A program made the position numbers and the translations under genes. A model generated the notes under the pieces. The model searched no databases, had not been told where the DNA came from, and saw only the letters and a list, made by a program, of their open reading frames with translations. Below are positions 48,368 through 58,772 of a stretch of DNA of 64,000 nt, piece after piece (within the stretch, counting starts at the first letter, position 1; each line of letters begins with the position of its first letter). The stretch covers positions 159,557 through 223,556 of the forward strand of contig RDEW01000037.1 of assembly GCA_011109175.1 (NCBI GenBank), read 5' to 3'. This DNA comes from Dicyema japonicum (taxonomy: Eukaryota > Animalia > Dicyemida).

Positions 48368-50021
48368 TTAGTTAATAAGTAATTTTTTGAACCGCAAAAC
48401 ATTTAAGATGGATGTCCTCAAAAAGTCGATGTGTTCATTCTTATCTCCATGAGTAATCTTAAGCATGTTCACGGTCTAAATAGTCCCAATATTTTCTCAC
48501 CTCCGAATATAACTTTTTTGTAACCGGAAGCCCGAGATATCCCCTACAAGTTATTATTTTATAAGCCAGCATAGACATATTGGAAGTTATCCCATAAAAC
48601 ATTCTACTTTGATTAAAATTCAACTTGATTCGATCGTATATACTTTCCAAAGAACTCAATCCTCCTCGGATATCATTAACTGTGATGAGAAACGATGATA
48701 GGTAATATTTCAAATTCGTATAAGATTCGATCGTATATACTTTCCAAAGAACTCAATCCTCCTCGGATATCATTAACTGTGATGAGAAACGATGATAGGT
48801 AATATTTCAAATTCGTATAATGAATGTGAGTGGTCGGAAGGAGTCCATTTGTTCAAAGTTTCTATAATTTGTGGAATAGCAGACTCGTCGAAATCTGTTT
48901 CTCTACAAATTTGTTAATAAATTACATCTGGGATATTAATTCACCGCATTCTTTACACATCTGGCGACGCTGCTCTAAATATTTCTCATCCACGTTGAAA
49001 TCACACGTTCTACACCGATTTGATAAGTCCACCAAGCCTGTCTGGCATGAGGGACATTTAGTAGCATTGATTTCAGCATCAAAGTCATCGTCTTTGCAGC
49101 GGGGACATTCACAAGTAAAGCAATAATGTTCTAACTTGGCATGCCTGTCTGCTCTATTTTTCATTTTGTCAGTATAGCATATGTAAATATTCTGGAAGTT
49201 ACGATAAAACCAACCCCCACATCAATATTATCTATAGCGACGACTGTCAGTTGAATTCCTTCGTATCTAATAATCGCGTTAGGCACGCAGGAATGGTCAT
49301 ATTTTGAGGCGCTAGAATAACCGTAAATATTAACAACTTTAGGTAAAGACCAAGCCCTTCCTTCACGAAATTCGTGTTTTCTGAAATTGTGAATGCGTTG
49401 CTGTACATTTTACAGTAAATATCGAAAGTTGTCTTTACAGTCAGGGAATCGTCGATATCTACGATGTATCTTAAGGCAGAGATGAAAGTTAACTTAAAAA
49501 TATCTGTCAAAAACTCAGAATCTAAGCAGATTATAATAACGGAGTCACTTGAGACCAAATCATTGAATGATCTTTCATCTGAGTCTTTTTGATCCAAAGT
49601 CCCTAATTTGTGCTTCAAATAAAATTACAGAATACCATTACGATGAGTTGGAAGAATAAACGAGTTTGATCTGAGGGGACTCCTCGAACAAGCTTACTAC
49701 ACTCAAATTTATGGTTTTGCCAAGATTTTTTCTAAGTTTACAAATTTGTAAAACTTGGCAGGCTAAACTGCAGTAGTAAGGATTTTGCAGTTTTTACATC
49801 TTTTGAGATTTGATTCTGCAAAACACCATGAACATTTTTTCGCAAGCAATTTTCGTGTCACAACATGAGCCAACAGAAAAGATTGGACGATAATGTCTCC
49901 TGGTTTATACGACCTCATGATTTGTATATTTTAATCAAGTTTAATAAACAAAAAAATACGTTTTGACTGTTAATAGTCCAATGGAACGAGTAGTGGAGTG
50001 GTAGACAGAAATATCTTCATA
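48368..50021 (-). pseudogene. SMYD-family SET/MYND lysine methyltransferase, apparently disrupted
   Basis: SIGLLTVK|SYKPGDII, MYND CSWC...CKNC..YYCSLACQ|KKSWQNHKFEC, YSNAFTI, GLGLYL|NASKYDHSCVPNA, YICY, HYCFTCECPRC and C-terminal LKITHG. Frameshift at 49779-49786, second shift near 48850, and a 97-bp duplication (48627-48820). True 5' start unresolved; the lesions could be assembly errors. Confidence 0.7.
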
Positions 50022-50149
50022 TATGAGGGACCTCCGTTAAGTTGATCATTATTAAATTTATTTCATTAGAAAATGCAGACCTAATAGATTTTTTTATATT
50101 TGTGGTTTATTAAACAATTTGGTGATAAATGATATTAGTAATAATTAAG

Positions 50150-50360
50150 GCGATTTTGAATCAATGTCAAAAGTGTCGGACAAAATTCAGATGGTTCCGA
50201 CTTTGAATATCACTGCTGTACATTCCGGTAAAAGTTCTATGCATCAACGATGCTTAGGATTTTAAAAGTGACACCGTTATTAGTGAATACCTTACTGTGG
50301 GACCGGATCTTTTATAAGAACTCACCTGCTAGGATTAGTAATGTTTCTATTACTTGAACC
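50150..50360 (+). pseudogene. Short-chain dehydrogenase (RDH-like) fragment; second copy at ~57060-57240
   Basis: VTPLLVNTLLWDRIFYKNSPARISNVS resembles the SDR motif FLLTNLLLD.LK.SAPARIVNVSS. Nucleotide homology to 57175-57230 (AAGTGACACCGTTAT.AG.GAATACCT.ACTGT). Confidence 0.35.
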
Positions 50361-50699
50361 TCCGATTAAGTAGAACTCGTAATTTATCTAAGAAAAAAAG
50401 AACAGTAATGAAAATCAATCCAAGACATCAAGGGACTTGTTTTTATTTTTTGCTTTCATGTGATGTCTAAATAATCGATAATGCTAACATAAATCAGATA
50501 AATAATTTTCATTAATATGCATATTTCCAGGTCGCTTTTATCACATAGCACAATCTTCGGAGACTAGATTTTGCATTAGGGACCCAGCAAATGATTAGTT
50601 AGGGATGTTTTCTATCGCACCTTAAAGTTCAGAATATGGCATCTAAAAAATAATGCCATAACAACTAAAAACAATAAAAAATCAACATTTCAACCTCAA

Positions 50700-51350
50700 C
50701 TAACTTTAGCTTATTTTATTAAAAAAGTCAATATTTAAAAAATTAGCAACTTTCCTCTTCTGTCTGATCCCCAGCTTTCTCAGGTCGGTTCGATTCGTTG
50801 TCCTAAACAGCTCTGAGAGCGCATTGTCCACTTGAGACCTTTGCCCATATGACATCTCCGGACTCCGCTTATACTCCAATGTCATGCTCTCTAGGGTTCA
50901 CTTTTAAACAGGGGGCTGTTGGGGTAGACTTGGAGCTTCTTATCTACCCCTTTTGTAGATAACCCGTGTAGTACTTTGTTGCAATTCCCCCTTCCCACGT
51001 CATTACTAATGGAATAGTGAGGACCTTGCAACCACCCCTTTTGTAGATAACCCGTGTAGTACTTTGTTGCAATTCCCCCTTCCCACGTCATTACTAATGG
51101 AATAGTGAGGACCTCTCAACTAAACATCTGCTACATCTCGCTTGCAATGAAGTCCTAGTTCATTTTTTCTCCACCTCCACAGTCTGCAAACTGTCTTGTG
51201 ACGTAGTGCCAACTTCTATGCTGAGGACTTGACCAGTCTCCTTATTGTGTACCACAATGCCAGCTTTATTTTCCTTGACTAACACTGAGGTTCGGATAAT
51301 ACCCTCTACCTTGATCTGGACCCTGGTGTTTTCAACTACAGATTGCACCT
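50700..51350 (-). mobile_element. R4/Dong-like family E 3' end (RLE endonuclease)
   Basis: IVVHNKETGQVLSIEVGTTSQDSLQTVEVEK, TWEGGIATKY; 3' end homologous to 51600-51780. Confidence 0.7.
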
Positions 51351-51559
51351 AATGAATCCCCATTTGTTTTAAATAGATAATTCGAATTATTGATTCTAAC
51401 TCACGTAAAGTCAAACCTCGCAAATTGGCCTGTTTTTAAATTGGCCACAAAAATTCTATTCTCCTTATTAATTGGCCAATTTTTAAATTTCCCAGAATTT
51501 TTAATTTGATTTTTAATATAAAACAATTTTAATTTAACTTTTAACCAAAAATCCCACTT

Positions 51560-53720
51560 TATTTAACAAACAATAAAAAAGTTAATATATTTAATCAACA
51601 ACATTCCTCGCCTGCCTGTTCGCCAGCCTCCTCAGGCAGGTTCGATTCTGGTTGCTGAAACAACTCCGAGAGCGCCTTTTCCAATTGAACCCTCTGCCCA
51701 TATGGCATCTCAGGGCTCTGCTTCCTATACTCCAGTGTCAGGCTCTCTAGGGTCCGCTTTAACACAGTGGACTGTAGATAGGCCTNNNNNNNNNNNNNNN
51801 NNNNNNNNNNNNNNNNNNNNNNNNNNNNNNNNNNNNNNNNNNNNNNNNNNNNNNNNNNNNNNNNNNNNNNNNNNNNNNNNNNNNNNNNNNNNNNNNNNNN
51901 NNNNNNNNNNNNNNNNNNNNNNNNNNNNNNNNNNNNNNNNNNNNNNNNNNNNNNNNNNNNNNNNNNNNNNNNNNNNNNNNNNNNNNNNNNNNNNNNNNNN
52001 NNNNNNNNNNNNNNNNNNNNNNNNNNNNNNNNNNNNNNNNNNNNNNNNNNNNNNNNNNNNNNNNNNNNNNNNNNNNNNNNNNNNNNNNNNNNNNNNNNNN
52101 NNNNNNNNNNNNNNNNNNNNNNNNNNNNNNNNNNNNNNNNNNNNNNNNNNNNNNNNNNNNNNNNNNNNNNNNNNNNNNNNNNNNNNNNNNNNNNNNNNNN
52201 NNNNNNNNNNNNNNNNNNNNNNNNNNNNNNNNNNNNNNNNNNNNNNNNNNNNNNNNNNNNNNNNNNNNNNNNNNNNNNNNNNNNNNNNNNNNNNNNNNNN
52301 NNNNNNNNNNNNNNNNNNNNNNNNNNNNNNNNNNNNNNNNNNNNNNNNNNNNNNNNNNNNNNNNNNNNNNNNNNNNNNNNNNNNNNNNNNNNNNNNNNNN
52401 NNNNNNNNNNNNNNNNNNNNNNNNNNNNNNNNNNNNNNNNNNNNNNNNNNNNNNNNNNNNNNNNNNNNNNNNNNNNNNNNNNNNNNNNNNNNNNNNNNNN
52501 NNNNNNNNNNNNNNNNNNNNNNNNNNNNNNNNNNNNNNNNNNNNNNNNNNNNNTAAAAAGAAGGTGATTTGTACTGAAACAAACCCCCTCACAATGAACT
52601 GGTATTTGCTCAAACCGGTCATTGAGGCAGCGACTCAATGGCTACCCTCATGGAGTAGAGCTCCTCGGCTGTTCGAGCATACATCTTCAGGTCATCGATA
52701 AAAAGAAGGTGATTTGTACTGAAACAAACCCCCTCACAATGAACTGGTATTTGCTCAAACCGGTCATTGAGGCAGCGACTCAATGGCTCCAAACAGAGAA
52801 CAAATAGCAGCGAAGACATGTTATCCCCCTGAAGGATCCCCCTTTTGAGTTTTACCTCGCCTATCCGGTGCCTATTATAATTCAGATGAATTCTCCACCT
52901 ATTCATCACAGCCACTACAAAACTGTTGAACCACACAGGCATACGCAGACTGTGTAGGTACTCGACAAGGTAAGAATGATCAACTGAATCGTAAGCCTTC
53001 TTCACATCCACCAACATAGACAAAAGTGAGTTTCTGTGAGACACAGAAAGGCATTTGTTGATCAAAGCCTGCTCTTTTGCCCCCTTACAATTTCGCACAG
53101 TACCCAACTGATTCTCGGAGAGAAACCCATTTGCTTCTACAAAGCTCCTGACCTCATTAGCCACCAATTTGGTTATCAGTTTATACAGGGTTGGCATGCA
53201 GGTTATCGGTCGATAATCTGCAGCTGACTGGGGGTTGTCCAGCTTTGGAATCAAATAAGTTTTCCCGGTGCAGGCCCAATCAGGAATCGTTTCCGGGTTA
53301 GTGATGCTTTTCTGTAATACACGACACATAGACAGACTGGGGGTTGTCCAGCTTTGGAATCAAATAAGTTGTCCCGGTGCAGGCCCAATCAGGAATCGCT
53401 TCCGGGTTAGTGATGCTTTTCTGTATTACACGACACATAGATTCGTGCAATGAAGTACATCTTTTAATAAAGAAGTTATACACTTTATCTACCCTGGTCA
53501 TTTTTCAATCAGGGAGACGTCTCACTACCGCTTCAAATTTCTTGCGAAAATCGAAAATTCCGCAAGATTCCGCCAAGAAAGGAGCGGCGCTGTACGGGAC
53601 ATTCCACGCATTTCCTCTGCGTGGTTTAGCCTCTCCACATACTACCCCATGTGGAAAGCATTTCCGCGTCTTGCTGGGAACATACACTATGGCCATTTTC
53701 GTGTAGGCGACGGTAAAACA
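51560..53720 (-). mobile_element. R4/Dong-like family E, RT to 3' end (spans an N-gap)
   Basis: ORF 52619-53329: DYRPIT, KGAKEQ, DVKKAYDSV, GILQGD, HLLFIDDLK; same family as 40.9-41.4 kb. Contains duplications at 52554/52699 and 53226/53335. Confidence 0.85.
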
Positions 53721-53740
53721 ATCGCGTCTTATTTTTAATG

Positions 53741-54360
53741 AAAAAACTCAAATTTTAAATTATAAAATGATTTTATTTTGTGCCAGTAATCAGTGGATAG
53801 ATTCTCGCACTTGTTTCGAAAGACGATATCAGAAAAAAAAGTAATCTTTTACTGAAGAAATACACTATTTTGAAAGATTCTAAAAAATATCAACCGTCTT
53901 TTAGAGCTGCACAGAAGTTGGTAGAATGGAAGTAGGTAGTAGAGTTTANAAAAAACTCAAATTTTAAATTATAAAATGATTTTATTTTGTGCCAGTAATC
54001 AGTGGATAGATTCTCGCACTTGTTTCGAAAGACGATATCAAGGAAAAAAAGTAATCCTTTACTGAAAAAATACACTATTTTAAAAAATTCTAAAAAATAT
54101 CAACCGTCTTTTAGAGCTGCACAGAAGTTGGTAGAATGGAAGTAGGTAGTAGAGTTTAGTTAATTAAGTAACCCCGGTCTAACTAACTAGTAGGAGGCCA
54201 GTAGAGTTTAAAAGCATCTTATCAAAAAATCAATATCAACCGTCTTTTAGAGCTGCACAGAAGTTGGTAGAATGGAATTTAGTTAATTAAGTAACCCCGG
54301 TCTAACTAACTAGTAGGAGGCTAGTAGAGTTTAAAAGCATCTTATCAAAAAATCAATTTT
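53741..54360. repeat. Two overlapping imperfect tandem duplications (208-bp unit around n at 53949; 136-bp unit at 54096/54232)
   Basis: Direct inspection; copies differ by several substitutions and a 13-bp indel. Confidence 0.85.
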
Positions 54361-54499
54361 TCAGTAGGTTTTCTGAATGATGCCTTAATATCTACCAAGG
54401 CCGCATTTTTGCAAATGAGTTAAAACAACGTTTTCGACTGGGTCTAGAAAAAAATTCATAGAGGCACCATGAATTTTAAATTTAAAAATCAATAATATC

Positions 54500-55130
54500 A
54501 TATTTACAAAAATTTGATTAATCTTTACCATCCGAATGTCTACCTCACTCTTGAACAGTATTATATTAAACGCTAAAATATGACCCCTAAAATTTTGTCA
54601 CTGGCAATGTTTTCAAAGAACAAGACTACTCTTTGGGCATCCTATGAAATTATTTTTTTATTTGCAAAATAATTTGCCTATATAATTGCGAAAAATAGAA
54701 CGCTTAAGGTGAATTTCTAAAAAAAACCTTCTGTTGTCTCTATAGCAGATTTGTTCTTGGAGGTGATCGCATCTAAATTTAAGTAGGTTTCCCTTCGAAT
54801 GATAGGATATTTTGAAGAATTTAAGATATGGCAAGCGATATTTTGTCAGAGACATTGAAACGTATTAAAGAGAGTCTAGGCGTACCCACAAGTCCCTTAG
54901 TGTATTGGTCGTCCTGGAAAAGATTTGATTGATAATATCAACAAACTGGTCAAGTGAGGATGCCAAAACTGTGATCTATCCAAGAGGTGGAGATGTCTGG
55001 AAAGGAATGTGATATGATTCTTCTAGAATTTCTATCGAAAGTTGCTTCTGTATCGTCCAGCTGCATGGGCGTGCCTAGAGGGGAACCATAAAGGCAGCCA
55101 CCCATAGCAGCATGCTGTAGGAAGAAACAG
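54500..55130 (+). pseudogene. Second decayed copy of the 3.9-4.6 kb gene
   Basis: DLIDNINKLVK*/..AKTVIYP and YDSSRISIESCF align with the 4.4-4.6 kb peptides; RLLFGHP lies upstream. Has stops and frameshifts. Confidence 0.4.
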
Positions 55131-56099
55131 ATCCAAGTCATAGAGTTCATATTAAGCTATACTTACTTTTTTCTCGATGTTTTTTCATCATAGACAAAAT
55201 TGGCTTCTAGCGATCACGCGTTCTACTGATAGCGCTGAAAACTTTGGCTACTCAATTGTTAGTTGTGAACGTTCTTTTTCAAAGTTAAAACAGGTACAAT
55301 CATATTTGATGTCTTTGATGTTAAATCAGCGCATGTCAAGTTAATTTTGATCAGCATTGATTCATTTATTACCGATTTTTAAGTAGTTATAAGGGACACC
55401 ATTATCATAGCTGGTCTTTTCTTTTTATTACACGAATGGCCCTTGTGGCATTTATAAGATTCACAATTTATAGCTTAAAATGACACTCCAAAATTTAGAT
55501 ACAAATAAAATTTAATGTAGTATATAATTAAATATTAAAAATTAGGGGTTCTTATAAAAAAAAAGTTGAGAATCCTCAACTTGTATGTGAATTTAAAGTT
55601 CAAAAATAGAGTCAGAGAAAATGTGGAACATAATCCGTGAATTTTATGAGTAAAAAATTACCAAAGTTCACCATAAAAAAACATGAATAATATTCACGTG
55701 GCAATTAATTTAAATTTTCGGATAAATTAAAATAATATCTTTAAATTTTAAATATAAAGTAAATTATCGCATTCTTTAATAGGCAAAGATGAGGTCTCTG
55801 TTAGAATGCATCGGGTTCACGTGATAATTAGTTTGGTTTTACCGTGGAATATCTCTAAATTTTAAATATAAAGTAAATTATCGCATTCTTTAATAGGCAA
55901 ATATGAGGTCTCTGTTAGAATGCATCGGGTTCACGTGATAATTAGTTTGGTTTTACCGTGGTCTTGGGTTAAATAAATAAAAAATAAGTTACTTTGTGGA
56001 GATAATTTTCGAATACAGCAATATAAATTTCACTTGAAAAATGACTATATAACAGCATTTTTTTGTATTTGGGTTATTATCAAAATCTATTGATGCGCA

Positions 56100-56850
56100 C
56101 AAGATCTCAAATATTTAAAATTTACCTTAACCCTATTGTGGGCTGACCAAAGTGTATGTATACGTATTCCAGTAAAAAAATTAATCATTTAAATCATTAA
56201 GCTGAGGCAACGAATCGGAATTGCATTGTCCGCGGAAACTCTTACTCCGTAATGTCAGCAGCCAGATCACAAATATTTAAAATTTACTTTAACCCTATTG
56301 TGGGCTGACCAAAGTGTATGTATACGTATTCCAGTAAAAAAATTAATCATTTAAATCATTAAGCTGAGGCAACGAATCGGAATTGCATTGTCCGCGGTAA
56401 CGCTTACTCCGTAATGTAGCCGGTCTTTCCCGCTATTGTTAATAAAGCATTTCCCGTAAGGGGAAATGCGCTCTCAATCCTGAGAGCAGCCAGTAGCCTT
56501 TAACTATTTGGTTTTATTTTTTTATTTTTTTTTGTATGAGAAATTTTATTATCAAATGAATAAAAATTAAATTAAGGCATCTGAATGGCCATGCTATTTC
56601 CCCTAACAATAGCCAACGAGATACGTTCTCGGAACCAACCAGTCTCTCGCGGATCCTTGGTCACAGCTTGAATCATGGAGCCGATCTTACGAACCAACTC
56701 ATCTGCTTGGGGGCCAAGGATTCCTGACGTTTCCACCGCGAATGGAACAAATATATACTCCTCCGAAATTCTCTGGTACTTCCTCCTCTTTCGTTCCTCG
56801 GCCTGCTTCGAAGCATGTCCTGGGTCTGAAGCAGAAGCAACCAAATTAGA
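56100..56850. mobile_element. Cluster of CRE-like 3' tips in both orientations
   Basis: LRQRIGIA...RGN tips at ~56195-56254 and 56357-56445 (+), RGNALSILRAASSL* at 56452-56530 (+), FVPFAVETSG...FRERISLAIVRGN at 56572-56844 (-). Confidence 0.75.
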
Positions 56851-57829
56851 CGGGGTTTATTCTTCAATAAATTGTTAATAAATAATATTTTATCGTTAAA
56901 TAAAACGTGTTTAATTAAGAAAAAAAATTAAATCATTTAAATAAATATTATTCAAAATAAAAAAAATAGAAAATTACTTGGTGATTAAACATTGGTTGTG
57001 AGTTCAAGCTTAAGAATTTGACTGGACATTGTGGCACAAGCGGATGTGATGCCATGGGACAATAGTTAAGGCGATTTTTTGTCAATGTTATAAATCCCTT
57101 TGAAAAGTTCAGAATGTTTCAAATACATTCTAGCAGTAAGTTCCACCCATCTACAATGCTTCGGTTTCGATAAGTGACACCGTTATCAGCGAATACCTCA
57201 CTGTTGAACCGGATCGTTTATAAAAACCTACACAGAACAAAAAGAAAAAAAGTTAAAGAACATTCTTTGCCTCCCTCTCAACAATTTGTTAGCATAACTG
57301 TTATTCGCTTTAATAAATCGTGTTCCCTGCCTGTGCGGAGTTATAATATTGGTCTCTTGAAATGGCTGTTATTATTTTGGTCAATAAAGGCATTAGAAGA
57401 GAAGAGCATTCCTTTTTTCTCCCTCAATGATTAGTTGTGCTAACTGTTTTTACTTAAATAAAGTGGTCCTGCCTGGAAGGAGCTATAGCTAATATGTCTC
57501 TTAGCAAAGTGCATTATTAAATGGATTGATGATCCACTGAGCTATATTAACATTCAACAACTCAACTTTACACGGAAAATAAGTTCCGTTTTGAAAAGTG
57601 AGGTGTAGAAATCTCCAAATTTATTTCAAATGTCTTATACAAATTTCAAGACTTTCTAAAATGAAAAGTGAATAAAAGGCTGATGGCTTCAAGAGCGTAT
57701 CTCGATAGCTATCGTCAGAGGAAACAGTATGGCCATTCAAGCTTTCTAACTTTTAATTTCTATTTTTTAATAAAAGTGTTTTAAAAAGTCTGAATGCTTT
57801 TCACAGAAAACAACTGAAATCTTTATTGG

Positions 57830-58420
57830 ACATGCGCTATGTGAAGGTGATCAGAACCTACACACTATCTGTAAATCTGAAAGCTTGGAGACCACTATAA
57901 AAAATACTCGAGGGGGGCTATTTGGACCCTGGTGCTCCAGCAAATAACATTATGGAATCGTATTTTCTAAGCCCCGGCCCATTTCGGGGCAGACCTCGGA
58001 CAACTGTTCTACTGACCATAAACAATGATCTAAAAAATGTCAAAACGCGAAATGAAAATTCTGATTACTTAGACGACCTCCAAAAAATGGAAATCTCAAG
58101 AAGAGCAGGTCTGACTGTAAAGATTATCCGGGGTGCGGCACAAGCGACGTCAATGGATTAACTTTCTTGTTGCAAATGTGCATAATAATTTTTTAAAAAG
58201 AAAACTATTATTTTTTGTTTTTTTGCTTAGGAGTAATCGCTTTGGTATAAACAAAACAACGTATCGAGGTCGACAAAGAACTCACTTGCATAGGAAGAAA
58301 ACTGAAAATGATCTGAGGGCGGATGCGAGAAACAGGGGAGGATGGAAACGATTACAGCGCGTATCCAGAGATGCATGGCAAAATTAGAATCTCAGTTAAC
58401 TTTTCTGGTTCCGAGGACAT
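57830..58420 (+). mobile_element. RTE-like LINE 3' fragments
   Basis: FRGRPRTTVLLTINNDLK and YRGRQRTHL...DL...ARNRGGW. Confidence 0.55.
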
Positions 58421-58639
58421 TGCTAACTCCCAAGCTGTAAACTCTCATACAGTGTGGAGGAGCAGAATATACAACTCAAAGATTGGATAGGCAATATTCC
58501 CATCAAAGAAATACATGCTTCTTATTTGTTCATCAAAAAAATATATTGTCAACTATTATTATTGAGAAACATCGATTTGCCAACAATTTCATTTATTTTT
58601 TTAGTAGAAATCTGTTTTTTCAGAGGGTAATTGATAAGT

Positions 58640-58772
58640 TTCCCCTTCAAACAAACGGAATTGTCAAGCGAGCCCTGGAGTCTGCGGGATACCCAGCCAT
58701 ACTAGAACCTGTTGGTCTGGACAGAGGAGACGGAAAACGTCCCGACGGAATGACAATTTTCCCATTCGAAGA
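58640..58772 (+). mobile_element. CRE-like fragment fused to the truncated 3' end of RTE family A copy 2
   Basis: IVKRALESAGYPAILEPVGLDRGDGKRPDGMTIFPFEEG, joined through shared GAGGGGA to the reverse-strand RTE sequence. Confidence 0.75.

Noticed and set aside
40925-52638. Long ORFs of 228-380 aa listed around 41-42 kb and 51.6-52.6 kb
   Set aside because: They are inflated by runs of N translated as X; only the RT fragments at the edges are real.
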